Positions 41,693-52,086 of a DNA stretch of 64,000 bases are shown here, in pieces. This DNA is from an uncultured Nitrososphaerota archaeon (GTDB lineage Archaea > Asgardarchaeota > Njordarchaeia > Njordarchaeales > Njordarchaeaceae). The stretch lies in the NCBI GenBank assembly GCA_964518475.1, contig CAZFGR010000001.1, forward strand, positions 256,001-320,000, given 5' to 3'. Position 1 is the stretch's first letter. Each line of letters opens with the position of its first letter. A program made the position numbers and the translations under genes. Below the pieces are notes generated by a model. That model was not told the origin of the DNA and searched no databases. It saw nothing but the letters and a program-made list of their open reading frames with translations.

Positions 41693-41836
41693 AAAAGCGT
41701 GCCTCTCTTAGTTTTGGTTTTAGTCTAATTTATATACGCATTGAAGCATGTTATACCTTAATCAGCGATTATAATAGTCAGCTCATGTATGAATTTACCC
41801 CTATTATTTAAGGCATCACTTTGAGGTGTAAAAAAT

Positions 41837-42385
41837 TTGACCAAGAATAATGAATTTCAGCGCGAAAAATATCTCCGGGTTGTAAAAATTAGACCTCTTT
41901 TCCCCATTCCATTAAGTCCTCTTCCTCCAACTGCTTCCCTTATGAATCCTGCTCTCCTTTCATCTTTAACAAGACCAGTACTTGAACTAAAATTAGAGGA
42001 TGGTAGTACTTTCAGAATGGGGGGTATTCCTTCTCATATAGCATTGGAGATTTGGGAATTATTAGAGACTAGAAAAGCGGGTATGGAAAATGTTGAGCGC
42101 GTAGATCCACGGCTCACATTATCCCAAGTAGTTGTTGAAATAGCGGAAGTTCAGAGAGTAAGAATATCCGATATTTTGCCTCAATACAACGTTTATGTAG
42201 CAGAAGTCGATATTCTCCCCGAAGGATTCGGCCGTCCAATAACTCTACAGATGGTGCCTTCTCACGCGATTCTCATTGGTTTACGGGCCAAAGCCGATAT
42301 TTATGTTGCTAAAGATTTGGTCGAAGATCAGCAGGAGGAAATGCAAACCGAGAGATCACGCGACGAAAGTTTCTACGATATTTAA
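41837..42385 (+). CDS. bifunctional nuclease (DUF151)-like protein
   Basis: PRLTL, V.I......YVAE, PSHAILIGLRAKADIYV pattern. Confidence 0.7.
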   Translation: MTKNNEFQREKYLRVVKIRPLFPIPLSPLPPTASLMNPALLSSLTRPVLELKLEDGSTFRMGGIPSHIALEIWELLETRKAGMENVERVDPRLTLSQVVVEIAEVQRVRISDILPQYNVYVAEVDILPEGFGRPITLQMVPSHAILIGLRAKADIYVAKDLVEDQQEEMQTERSRDESFYDI

Positions 42386-42464
42386 GATCCAAAAACGCTG
42401 AAACTTTAGAGAAAATAAAATCCTCATTTGTTTTTCACTCAAAAAGTATTTTTCCACTAAAAGC

Positions 42465-42776
42465 TCATAGAATTAAACCTATTGATTGGATATTAATCGT
42501 CAATACTCGTATCATTATAAAAAACTGCACAAACGAGGTTGATAAACCAGAAATCTGCATACTTAGTATACTGTAATATAGAGGCTCCGTGACCATAACC
42601 CCTAAAAGAAGTCCCTCCATAGTGGGCATCAGCACTACTATTAAATTAAGTAGTTCAAGAATGCCCAGAAATATTCTAAGCTCTTTCTCTGGAATTGTTC
42701 TGATAAGCAATAAAATATCAACATGCCAGGAAATCTGAATAAGAACCAACATCGACGTACAAAAAACTCTCGCCAT
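42465..42776 (-). CDS. possible small hydrophobic protein
   Basis: ORF fills an intergenic gap with GGGAG upstream of the ATG; no motif. Confidence 0.25.
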   Translation of the reverse strand: MARVFCTSMLVLIQISWHVDILLLIRTIPEKELRIFLGILELLNLIVVLMPTMEGLLLGVMVTEPLYYSILSMQISGLSTSFVQFFIMIRVLTINIQSIGLIL

Positions 42777-42987
42777 TTTTTCTCCCAACCAAAAATAATG
42801 TCGCTGACACTAAATATTAACGGTACAATAGCGTATTTTATTCCGCAAAATATAGGGCAAAACCTCTAGTCAATTTTAATGAAAACGTGACCAGAGAAGA
42901 ATTAATATTGCGTTTAAGCCATATGATTACTTCGTAGTAAAAAAATTCTTCATTCCTAAAAAATAATTTATTTACTGGGGGACAATC

Positions 42988-43851
42988 TTGGCGCTACCTA
43001 GAGGAGTAGAAATACGCCAGTATTTAATTAAACAACTTGACGAGATAATCAAAAGCGGTGCAAAAAATGTTCTTGTTACAAACCCTGATGGATTTGTCTT
43101 TCTCTCTCATGGAGATATCGACCCCGTGGATTTAAGCATTGCAGCATCCTTAGCTTCCGCTTTTCAGAACACTATACGGTATCTAAACAGTGATTTTTAC
43201 TACAAGTTAGGCTTACTTTTAAAGAAAGCAATTAAAATTAACGAGGTAAGTCTTTTCCAATACATACTATCCTATGGAGACAAAACATACGTAAGCATAT
43301 TTATTGAAGGATACTCTATAATATCCGTAGTACCCGACCCAACCAAGATCCAGGAAATTTCGGATCTATTATTAAAGACTATCATACAAGTAATGAATGT
43401 ATTTAGAGAGCTAAGAAAAAGAATCACTATCGAAAGTCCCGAAATTCCGGTAGGGATCACTAGTATTCCAACAACAACTCTTGAAGAAGTCCCGGTCGAA
43501 GAGCAAATCAATGAAAGCTTATTTATTGACCCAAAGATAGGATACCAGCACATACGTCAAGTAACCCTTACAGCACTAAAAGTGCTAGAAGAAAAAGGTG
43601 ATTGGTTATCTGCTCTTAAAGCATTCCAAGTAATTAGTCTATATATTAAAACACTATTGAAAAAGAACCCACAGTATACAGAAAATAATGTTATTATGAC
43701 TATTAATCGGTGGGTTGAGAAAACTGTTCAGAGAATCCAAACCCTTTTAAGAACTTATGGAAACTCTTCGATCGACGATAAGCGTAAACAAATTCTAAAG
43801 CAAGGCTTAAACCAGCTTCTTAATTATCTCCGTAGAGAGATTTACAAATAA
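42988..43851 (+). CDS. roadblock/LC7-like domain protein with C-terminal helical domain
   Basis: GAKNVLVTNPDGFVFLS...IAASLASAF pattern, then an S/T/P/E linker and a helical C-domain. Confidence 0.6.
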   Translation: MALPRGVEIRQYLIKQLDEIIKSGAKNVLVTNPDGFVFLSHGDIDPVDLSIAASLASAFQNTIRYLNSDFYYKLGLLLKKAIKINEVSLFQYILSYGDKTYVSIFIEGYSIISVVPDPTKIQEISDLLLKTIIQVMNVFRELRKRITIESPEIPVGITSIPTTTLEEVPVEEQINESLFIDPKIGYQHIRQVTLTALKVLEEKGDWLSALKAFQVISLYIKTLLKKNPQYTENNVIMTINRWVEKTVQRIQTLLRTYGNSSIDDKRKQILKQGLNQLLNYLRREIYK

Positions 43852-43902
43852 TGCAAAATACAAGCAAAAATGTAGTGTTAAGAGAAAATTAGGTGAAGAA
43901 AA

Positions 43903-44505
43903 TTGCCAGAAGAAGGAACTGAAGATAACCTAGTACATACAAGGCTATTAGTTCCAAAAGAGAGAATTGGGATAATAATTGGAAAGAAAGGAGAAACTAA
44001 AAAAAGAATTGAGAAAGAGCTAGGTGTTAAGTTAAAAATTGATAGCAAAACTGGCGAAGTAATGATTTATGCCCCACAAGAAAAAGCAGATGTACTTCTA
44101 AAGGCTAGTGCGATAATAAAGGCTATAGCTAGAGGATTCTCTCCTGAAAATGCCTTATTACTAAAAAATGACGATTATACTTTGTCATTAATCGATTTAA
44201 CACAATATGCACCCACAAAGAAAGCTCTAATCCGTATTAGAGGAAGAATAATTGGAGAGAAGGGTAAAGCAAGATTATTAATCGAAGAGTTAACAGGTAC
44301 TAAGATATCAGTGTATGGAAAGACAGTAGGTATAATTGGTCCTTGGGACAAAGTTAGTCTAGCAGAAGAAGCTATAAGAAAACTTGCTGAGGGCGCTCGC
44401 CACTCCACAGTTTTCGATTGGCTTTATGAACAAAAACGTATCGAGAAAATGATGGCGCTAGATGAAAAACTTAGAAAACCTTATGAAGAAGAAAAATATG
44501 TGTAA
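43903..44505 (+). CDS. KH-domain small-subunit biogenesis factor Dim2/Pno1
   Basis: RIGIIIGKKGETK, AIARGFSPE, RIRGRIIGEKG, GARHSTV motifs. Confidence 0.92.
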   Translation: MPEEGTEDNLVHTRLLVPKERIGIIIGKKGETKKRIEKELGVKLKIDSKTGEVMIYAPQEKADVLLKASAIIKAIARGFSPENALLLKNDDYTLSLIDLTQYAPTKKALIRIRGRIIGEKGKARLLIEELTGTKISVYGKTVGIIGPWDKVSLAEEAIRKLAEGARHSTVFDWLYEQKRIEKMMALDEKLRKPYEEEKYV

Positions 44506-44545
44506 AACTTTCTTTAGGTAATATTCTCAGTCTAACCTTAATTCT

Positions 44546-44989
44546 CTATCTTATAATTATGACGGAACAAGTAGCTAAAACCGCTACAGCAGCAGCTACG
44601 CTTCCTATCGGAGTTTCCTCATCTCCTGCCAATCCTTTTGCTCCTATTATTATTGCGTCGAAAAGCCCTTCTTCTGCTTCTTTTAAGATTTCTCTTGCAA
44701 TAGAAGACTGTGGAAAACGCACTTTACGTACTTTGTAATCTACCCTTATTCCTTGATTCTCTGTTTTATCCTTTACTTTCTCGAAGATTTTCTGTAATTC
44801 CTCTTCAGAAAAACCTTCGGGGACAACACTAAGGACGGTTATACTAGAACCGTACCTTTTTGCAAAATCAATTGCCAAATCTAGTGCTTTAAGTGAGGAT
44901 CCACTACCATCTACTGGAACTAATATCTTTCTAAACCATAGAGCTACAAAATAACTTTTCTCTGGCACATATTTTACTCCATTAGACAT
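44546..44989 (-). CDS. universal stress protein
   Basis: KILVPVDGS, IIIGAKG, GSVA, CSVIIIR motifs. Confidence 0.9.
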   Translation of the reverse strand: MSNGVKYVPEKSYFVALWFRKILVPVDGSGSSLKALDLAIDFAKRYGSSITVLSVVPEGFSEEELQKIFEKVKDKTENQGIRVDYKVRKVRFPQSSIAREILKEAEEGLFDAIIIGAKGLAGDEETPIGSVAAAVAVLATCSVIIIR

Positions 44990-46018
44990 CTAAAACCACC
45001 TTCTTAATATTCCTAGACTCTCATCTGTCTTTGAGATACTGTTTAGAGGATTTAGTTCTATTTCCATCATAGCTCTAACAGCATCAATATTTTCAGGTAC
45101 AACAATAGCTTCTTGATGAACACCATACATCAACCATACTTCATTCCCATCCGTTGTAATTGAGTCTTCCCATACTACTACTTCGTAGATATCATATCTA
45201 GGCCTTAAGATATCTCTCGCCCATTCTATGATATCAGCTGTACTATTAAAACCATAATTTTGTTGGATTAATAGAATCCTAGGTGTATGATTTAAAGAAT
45301 TAACGATATCTTCTCTCTCTACCTTCTTTTCTAACTCTATATTGAGAATGTGCATATGCATTCTTGTTGTAGGTACCACAACTGCTCCCGTAACTATGTC
45401 TACATCAGGAATTACTGTTTTTACATCTAGAGCATGATGACTTGGGAATGCTGCTGGATTTGGTACAATAGCTTCAATAGGACCCTTTTTGTATTCATGC
45501 GGGTCGGCTCCTCTTCTCACAATTATTCCTCGTACTTTCTTTATTGGTGATACTTCTCTTATGGCACAAATAATTCTACATAAGGCTGTAGTATTGCATG
45601 ACACTACACGCACATAATTTTTCCCGATAGCTTGACTATAATTGCAGAGAGCAGAAAACGATACTTCAGCAATATCTGCTTTTTCTCCACCCTGAAAGAT
45701 TGCCTTCTTATTATGTTTCTCGTAGAGGGGTTTATACTTCTCACCAATTCCCGCTGGTGTCGCATCTATTATTATGTCCACTTCGCTGATCATATCTTCT
45801 ACAGTACCTGCTACTCTAATACCAGCCTCTTCAAATTTTTTGGCATAGTCCTCCGAGGGAACATAAAGAGAAATTCTCTGTTTAATTGCTTGAACAGCAA
45901 TATAATCCGGCTTTGTCTTTGATACACCTATCAACTTCATATCACTTTGTTTCGTTACAGCGTACGCTATACGTTTACCTATCGTTCCATAGCCATTCAC
46001 AGCAACTTTAACTACCAT
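44990..46018 (-). CDS. gap: archaeal type II glyceraldehyde-3-phosphate dehydrogenase
   Basis: NGYGTIGKR, QGGEK, VVSCNTT, HQEAIVVPENIDA motifs. Confidence 0.96.
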   Translation of the reverse strand: MVVKVAVNGYGTIGKRIAYAVTKQSDMKLIGVSKTKPDYIAVQAIKQRISLYVPSEDYAKKFEEAGIRVAGTVEDMISEVDIIIDATPAGIGEKYKPLYEKHNKKAIFQGGEKADIAEVSFSALCNYSQAIGKNYVRVVSCNTTALCRIICAIREVSPIKKVRGIIVRRGADPHEYKKGPIEAIVPNPAAFPSHHALDVKTVIPDVDIVTGAVVVPTTRMHMHILNIELEKKVEREDIVNSLNHTPRILLIQQNYGFNSTADIIEWARDILRPRYDIYEVVVWEDSITTDGNEVWLMYGVHQEAIVVPENIDAVRAMMEIELNPLNSISKTDESLGILRRWF

Positions 46019-46024
46019 CAGTAC

Positions 46025-47269
46025 TCACCTCCTCCATAAAAACTTTTTAGCGGATTCCGCTAAAGCATAAATAGCAGGAAGGCGCTCTCCAGCTAAAAAT
46101 AGAAGAAGTGCGCCCCCAGCCAGACTTATATGACCAACTTTCTTTCTTAAGTTCTCATCTAATTCATTCGCCACCGCTATGAAGTGGCCTCCTCCAAATA
46201 TTGTAAAAGCATCCGTTTTTAATGCCGCTTCCGCAAGTTTAATCGTTCCAATTTTAAATAATTCATGTTCCATCACACCAGCCGGCCCCCTCAAAACAAT
46301 CACTTTCGCATCTTTCATTAGCTCTGAGTATATCTTGATAGTCTCACTGCCAATATCCATTATAACCCCGTTAACCTTTGTAACGGGCATTTCAACCCTT
46401 TTACCATTCCTGTTAACTGCGACATCATAGGGTGTTTCTATCGGTGCTCCCATCATTAATACTCTTCTAGCCCGGGGTATCAGACTGATTAACCCCTTCT
46501 CCGTCAAGACTCTAATATTCTCCTTACCGATATTGATACCCTTTGCCAAGAGGAAAACTTCCGCCAACAGACCTGTGATTAAAATACGATCAGCAGCACG
46601 ATTTCTCACAAGAGTTTCTATGATCTTCAAGGAATCTTCAACCTTTGCTCCCCCAAGTACGAAAACCTTGGGTCTTTCTTCCTTACTTACTATTCTCAAT
46701 AACGCTTTTATCTCCGCCTCAAATACTCTTCCTGCTACTGATGGTAAAACCATCGGGAAACCAACCAATGACGGCTGACTTCTATGAGCTGCTGAGAAAG
46801 CATCAAGTACAAAAGCATCAAATAACGGTGCTAATTTTCTAACTAGGAACGTCTTTGCTTGTTTCTCTGGAGCAGCCTCTATTATCTCCTCAGAAATTAT
46901 TCGCGTATTCTCCAAAACGAGAACTTCACCATTTTTAAGATTCCTTATTTCGTTCCTAGCCGAAGGCCCAATTATATCATCAATAAATTTAACATCCATT
47001 TCAATAATTTCAGAAAGCCTTTTAGCATGAAGCTCTAAGCTAACGAATTCTTTTTCGCCTGGTCGTCCTTGATGAGAAATTACTACAACTGCAGAATTTT
47101 TATTAACCAACTCCTCTATTGTTTTAGCATGTGCTTTAATTCTTGTATCATCAATTATTTCTCCTTTTTCAGGGTCTACAGGCACATTAAAATCTACTCT
47201 TACGAGTACTTTTTTACTTTCTAGATCGAGATCATCCATGAAGGGGATCTTAGGTAATTCTAGTGCCAT
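46025..47269 (-). CDS. pgk: phosphoglycerate kinase
   Basis: RVDFNVP, SHQGRPG, LENTR, DAFSAAHR, LGGAKV, GGGH motifs. Confidence 0.96.
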   Translation of the reverse strand: MALELPKIPFMDDLDLESKKVLVRVDFNVPVDPEKGEIIDDTRIKAHAKTIEELVNKNSAVVVISHQGRPGEKEFVSLELHAKRLSEIIEMDVKFIDDIIGPSARNEIRNLKNGEVLVLENTRIISEEIIEAAPEKQAKTFLVRKLAPLFDAFVLDAFSAAHRSQPSLVGFPMVLPSVAGRVFEAEIKALLRIVSKEERPKVFVLGGAKVEDSLKIIETLVRNRAADRILITGLLAEVFLLAKGINIGKENIRVLTEKGLISLIPRARRVLMMGAPIETPYDVAVNRNGKRVEMPVTKVNGVIMDIGSETIKIYSELMKDAKVIVLRGPAGVMEHELFKIGTIKLAEAALKTDAFTIFGGGHFIAVANELDENLRKKVGHISLAGGALLLFLAGERLPAIYALAESAKKFLWRR

Positions 47270-47498
47270 AAAATCTCCCCTAGAAGGGCTTGTAATATTA
47301 TTCCCTCCTAGAAAATCTGCTAAAAAACAGGATGAAGGGAGTAAGACAGTAGATCTAAAATCGATAAGAAAACATGAAATAAAAATTTACTATAAAGGTA
47401 AACTCTTAATGATTCTTCATGATCACGTTTTTCGTTTTCAATATCCTGACACAATATCGCTAGTATGTACGTGGAGATCTTTTACTCAAGGCGTCGCT

Positions 47499-47933
47499 TT
47501 ATAACTCCACACTTAAGACATATATATCTATCTCCGATAATGTAAGGGGTAAGCCAAATTTCTCTCTAAAATCATTGCTCATAAGTACTTTTGGTTTTTC
47601 GTTGTTCAGAACTCTTTTTAGGAAAGTATGCCATAACTGTTTATCAAGAAGTTCTCTTTCTACGAAGTGCCCTCTCTCAATTTCCACAGCCACCGTATTT
47701 TTCAGAAATGTCAAGCCAGTAATTTCTAATCGTGCCCCATATATGGCAAAAGTGCTAAAGTTTTCATCAATTTCATATAATCTCAATTCCCTATACGATG
47801 CTCTTGGACCAAAGAAATTTAACCATAAAATTACTCTAGTCTCTCGCAGAATTCTCTCATCATTCTTTAGAAAACCATTAACTAGCGTTTCTATTAGTTG
47901 TGCAGATTTTTTCCTTTTATTCTCTTCACTCAT
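47499..47933 (-). CDS. hypothetical protein
   Basis: Probable start ATG 47933 (MSEENK), overlapping the upstream ATPase stop. Confidence 0.55.
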   Translation of the reverse strand: MSEENKRKKSAQLIETLVNGFLKNDERILRETRVILWLNFFGPRASYRELRLYEIDENFSTFAIYGARLEITGLTFLKNTVAVEIERGHFVERELLDKQLWHTFLKRVLNNEKPKVLMSNDFREKFGLPLTLSEIDIYVLSVEL

Positions 47934-49314
47934 AACAATTCGCCTTAAATCCCTTCTTTTCCAATAGATAACCAAATACGTATAAAAATGCTGAGACCGG
48001 AACTTGGGGGATACTCTCCTCCACAAAATTCGTGCGTGACAAAATCATAGGGGATACGTGCTCCGTATCATATAATGTACGTAATTTAGATATGTCCTTG
48101 TATCTAACTCTAGTCCGATATTTCACCTCTACACCTACACTTCTACCTTGTAGTAGCTCTATTAGAAAATCGATTTCTCCCGAGGATACTCTCATAAATT
48201 TTAGACTTCTGGAGAACATTCTATACAGATGTTCGAAAACAACATTTTCAACAAGATAACCTACTCTATCGCCCTTTACCCATTTTAAAATCGTTCTCTT
48301 CAGATTTCGACTTCTGCTTTGCAGAAATACAGCTAAGCTGAAAAATATCGGGTCTCTAAAATATATCTTATACTCATCATCATAGCCCAGTAATCCAACT
48401 ATGTATACGTCTGCGAGATCGTTGATGCATTGAATAAAGTTCTCTCGGATAATTTTTGCTTTCGATGCTCTAGACTCTAAGGTATATGGAATAGTTATGA
48501 GTTGAAGAATAGACACAAAAACCTCTTTTAAGTACTCCTTACAATTGTTTCTTACAGTCTTGTAAATCGAACGGTAAAGTCGTACAAGAGAATCCTCGCT
48601 AAAGAATCCATATTTTAGAACTTCCTCTACAAATGGAAATAGACCCCCACTAAGCAGGTATATTTCAAAAATGGATTGAAAATCCGTTAAATCCTCTGTA
48701 AATTCATCTAAAGATCCAGAATGCCCTCCTAATAATTTATGTAATTGTTCTCTTTCCTCGCCTCTTACCAATTTTTTCTTTCCATGTAGCATTTCGAAAA
48801 ATTCCATAAAGTTCAGCGGTAGTAACTCCACTCTCAAAAATCCTTGAAATAGATCTATAGACCTGCTATGGCAAGAAGCGATAACAAGCATTTCTGGTTG
48901 AGTATTTTCAATTAACTTTTCTAACCGTACTAGTTTCTGCTGATTAATAGTATTTAGATCATCAATTAAGAGGCAAATCTTTTTCCTAATTCTTAGAAAT
49001 TTGATTACTGCTAATAGATCTCTAATTCCAATAGTTTCTATATCATGCCCATGCAAATATATCGGTACTAAATCATTCTCAGTAATCAATTTCTTTGTTA
49101 AAAGCTTTAATAGAGTAGTTTTTCCAACTAGAGGAGGTCCTGTCACAATAGTATATTTGCTCAAAAAAATTGTTTTAAGTAGGCTTTCGTATCTTCTTTT
49201 AAATTTGCTATTTAAATATGTTCTAATATAAGTATCTCTTAAAATTCTCTTTGGATTCTTTATCCATGGGTTCCGCTTTAATAGTAATCTTCTAACTTCG
49301 GCCATGTTCTTCAT
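47926..49314 (-). CDS. AAA+ ATPase with C-terminal DUF4143 / PD-(D/E)XK-like domain
   Basis: GPPLVGKTT, LLIDD, YLLSGG, YFRDP, EIDF...VEVKY motifs. Confidence 0.8.
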   Translation of the reverse strand: MKNMAEVRRLLLKRNPWIKNPKRILRDTYIRTYLNSKFKRRYESLLKTIFLSKYTIVTGPPLVGKTTLLKLLTKKLITENDLVPIYLHGHDIETIGIRDLLAVIKFLRIRKKICLLIDDLNTINQQKLVRLEKLIENTQPEMLVIASCHSRSIDLFQGFLRVELLPLNFMEFFEMLHGKKKLVRGEEREQLHKLLGGHSGSLDEFTEDLTDFQSIFEIYLLSGGLFPFVEEVLKYGFFSEDSLVRLYRSIYKTVRNNCKEYLKEVFVSILQLITIPYTLESRASKAKIIRENFIQCINDLADVYIVGLLGYDDEYKIYFRDPIFFSLAVFLQSRSRNLKRTILKWVKGDRVGYLVENVVFEHLYRMFSRSLKFMRVSSGEIDFLIELLQGRSVGVEVKYRTRVRYKDISKLRTLYDTEHVSPMILSRTNFVEESIPQVPVSAFLYVFGYLLEKKGFKANCYE

Positions 49315-49320
49315 TATTTA

Positions 49321-50685
49321 TCACTGAGAGTCTATTCCCATTCTCTTCAAGATCTCTTTTACTCTATCCGTAATTGGTATTGTTGCACGTTCGAATAATT
49401 CTTTAGGCTCTTTTTTAGTCGCGTCAATGATTATCTTTGCTCTAGGCGTACCACTCTGATCAAGAGTTGATCCTTTGGCTCTAGGTATTATAATAATGTC
49501 TCTTTTTGGGTGTGCTCTTGTAATTACTGCCCAATAAACCTCATTGCAATCGCGTATATTGATATCATCGTCCACTATTATAACTTTTTTTAAGCTAGGA
49601 TGTGCAGTTATTGCTGCTAATCCTACGTTTATGGGTTCATCTTCATGCCTTTTCCTAATAGATATAACGCATTCTAACCAACCACATCCCCAATTTACTA
49701 AGGCTACATCCTTAACAACACCAACCATCTTCGTTATCCGTAGAATGTGAATTTCCCTAGGCAAACCCATCAATGTTCTATGCTCAAAACCCGCAGGTAA
49801 AATTGCATGCAAAATCGGTTTCTCTTTTACAAGAATCTTCTTAATTCTAAAAACTGGCTGTTGTCTTACAGCATCGTAAGTCCCACTAATATCAACAAAG
49901 GGCCCCTCCGAAGCCCGCTTATTAGCTAGAAATTCGCCCTCTAATACTATCTCTGCTAACGGGTATTCTGTATCTACACTAGAACCTGCTACTAATTCGA
50001 GTGGCGTTCTATAGATTCCTGATGCAATTTCAAGCTCGTCAACATCTATAGGAACAGAAATAGCAGCGGCTAATGCAGTAGCTGGATCAACCCCAATTAT
50101 GACAGCGGCTTCTAAATTCTCATTTTTCTCCTCAGCTTTTCTGAGATATGTCCATAGATCTCTCTCAACAACTCTAACCACAACCTCTCTATTACTAATA
50201 GGCGTCATTCTATGATAAGACGCGTTTCTGATCCCTGTTTCCGGATCCTTAGCTATTACAATTCCAGCAGTAATGTAAGGTCCCTTATCTTTGAGATAAA
50301 ACCTAGGGATCGGAACCCTTGATAAATCTATATTACCCTCTGTTTGAAAAACTCTTAGAAAATCTTCTGCATCTCCGATTACTTTCGGTTTAATTGGATG
50401 TTCAATACCGTTTATTACACAGTTGAGTAATTCCTTTTCCGGAATTTTTAGCGCCGTAGATAATCGCATTCTATCTCCATAAATTCCAGTAGCTATTTTG
50501 AATTCCTTGCTTTCCTCAATTTTTTCAAATAGGATAGCATACTTATTTTCAAGCTTCTTTGTTAAAGCGGCAATCTCATATTTTATGGATACGTTCTCAT
50601 CGATTCTTATTAGCAATCCTTTATCTTCTAGCCTTTCTAGTACTTGTCTAAAATTTATCAAAGACTTCACCACATTAATGCTCAT
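49321..50685 (-). CDS. UbiD family prFMN-dependent decarboxylase
   Basis: DKGPYIT, RNASYHR, EGPFVD, VDDDI, AKGSTLD motifs. May be anhydromevalonate-phosphate decarboxylase (inference). Confidence 0.9.
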   Translation of the reverse strand: MSINVVKSLINFRQVLERLEDKGLLIRIDENVSIKYEIAALTKKLENKYAILFEKIEESKEFKIATGIYGDRMRLSTALKIPEKELLNCVINGIEHPIKPKVIGDAEDFLRVFQTEGNIDLSRVPIPRFYLKDKGPYITAGIVIAKDPETGIRNASYHRMTPISNREVVVRVVERDLWTYLRKAEEKNENLEAAVIIGVDPATALAAAISVPIDVDELEIASGIYRTPLELVAGSSVDTEYPLAEIVLEGEFLANKRASEGPFVDISGTYDAVRQQPVFRIKKILVKEKPILHAILPAGFEHRTLMGLPREIHILRITKMVGVVKDVALVNWGCGWLECVISIRKRHEDEPINVGLAAITAHPSLKKVIIVDDDINIRDCNEVYWAVITRAHPKRDIIIIPRAKGSTLDQSGTPRAKIIIDATKKEPKELFERATIPITDRVKEILKRMGIDSQ

Positions 50686-50758
50686 TTACTTTAGAATTCA
50701 TAGGAATTATTTCCAGTTGCAGTAATCTAAAACTCTAGAGTTTAATTTTCACTCATAT

Positions 50759-50821
50759 ATTTCAGCGCTACGGCAGGTTCATCATTGCTCTTTGCTCAGA
50801 GGTGGTACACATCATCATGTC
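50759..50821 (-). ncRNA. box C/D guide sRNA targeting 16S helix 34 (copy A)
   Basis: Minus strand: C ATGATGA (50818-50812), guide TGTGTACCACCT, D' CTGA, C' ATGATGA, guide ACCTGCCGTAGCG, D CTGA (50765-50762). All four boxes are consensus. Confidence 0.95.
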
Positions 50822-50919
50822 ATTAAATCACGCTAGACAAGAATAGAGAACCTTTTCCTTCCCTTAACCCAAAAGGCATGTTTATTATTTAAGTAATAGC
50901 ATGATGCTTTTAGCGGTTT

Positions 50920-50978
50920 TTATCAGCCTACGGCAAGCTCTTCATCACGAGATCCGGAGGTGGTGCACTCATCATATC
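50920..50978 (-). ncRNA. box C/D guide sRNA targeting 16S helix 34 (copy B)
   Basis: Minus strand: C ATGATGA (50975-50969), guide GTGCACCACCTC, D' CGGA, C' GTGATGA, guide GCTTGCCGTAGG, D CTGA (50926-50923). Confidence 0.92.
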
Positions 50979-51175
50979 ACATAGCAATCATCATAGCATC
51001 GTCCTATTTTATAAAAGGTTCTCCCTAGAGCACTAATATCCTTATATTAGAGATCTTCTTCCGCCGATATATTGATTAGTGCATGATAGCACAATCATAT
51101 AATGAGCTACACTGTAATGATGTGTTCAGTTGTAAGTGCTTATATGCATAGCAGTGGCTAATAAGTGATTGCTCT

Positions 51176-52078
51176 ATGAAGAAATTCTTCCTACAAATAT
51201 TTTTTAGAGAACAAGGATCTCGTGGCACGCTGCTCTACAAAGTGTTTTCTTATGATAGAGATTTACTAGCAGAGGGTCTTTATCCAGTAGGGTTAGATAA
51301 TATTAGTTATAATTACACTCCTAATTATCTAGAGTGGATTCACATCGTTAAGACCCCTTTTATTAATCCCGCAGGTGGGTGCGGAGCTACTAGCTATAAT
51401 AAATGTAAAAGATGCCCACTAGGATCACAAGAGGATCTAACAGTATGTGGTAGAGCACTTGTATATCTGCGTCCCTTTCCACATAAACGCGGAAAATTCC
51501 TGATTAAAGTAGGTGTGGGAGCAGACCTATTAAGACCTAGTTCCCAATCTTCTCCTTTCGCTATAATCTCCACCGATATAACCAGAAGAAAAGCCCTTTT
51601 TCTGGAAGAGTCTTTATCCAATATTTTTAATTTCGTAGTAAGGAATCCACGTGGAAGATTATTATGGTCTGATATTATTGCGAGAGGATTATGGAATGGA
51701 TTTGAGGAAGCTTCTTATCTCCTAGAGATATTACCGCAGATGTATGATAAAGTAAGAAATAACTACCCAGCAATTTACGCTTTATTAACCGATCCAGTAA
51801 TATTTATGCCCACTAAACATTTCTCCAGTCCTTTACCGACATGGATAGAGAAATTACCCATTAGAGATATAAGGAAATACGTTATTCGAGAACCAAATGC
51901 GATATACGGGGAAGTCGTAGCAAATCGGGGAGGATTACTAGTTATTGAGCATGAGGATGGTTTTTGGATATTCGAACCTAATGAACGGAGAATTTATGCC
52001 TTAGAGAAAATAGTTGGTCTTCAGGGAGAATCTACGATTTCCCACTTTGTTAAAAGAAAGATGATACTAAAGGAATAG
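51176..52078 (+). CDS. Cys-rich hypothetical protein, DUF2797-like
   Basis: CG....KCKRC.......C...VYL.......KVGV pattern. Confidence 0.5.
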   Translation: MKKFFLQIFFREQGSRGTLLYKVFSYDRDLLAEGLYPVGLDNISYNYTPNYLEWIHIVKTPFINPAGGCGATSYNKCKRCPLGSQEDLTVCGRALVYLRPFPHKRGKFLIKVGVGADLLRPSSQSSPFAIISTDITRRKALFLEESLSNIFNFVVRNPRGRLLWSDIIARGLWNGFEEASYLLEILPQMYDKVRNNYPAIYALLTDPVIFMPTKHFSSPLPTWIEKLPIRDIRKYVIREPNAIYGEVVANRGGLLVIEHEDGFWIFEPNERRIYALEKIVGLQGESTISHFVKRKMILKE

Positions 52079-52086
52079 GTGAGAGT

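Noticed and set aside
47331-47380. Possible C/D sRNA (ATGAAGG...CTAA...GATAAGA)
   Set aside because: Boxes are degenerate, there is no terminal D box at proper spacing, and it overlaps the pgk upstream region.
47499-49314. Defence system or mobile element around the DUF4143 ATPase
   Set aside because: This is a widespread archaeal ATPase family; no integrase, transposase, terminal repeats or partner defence genes are visible.
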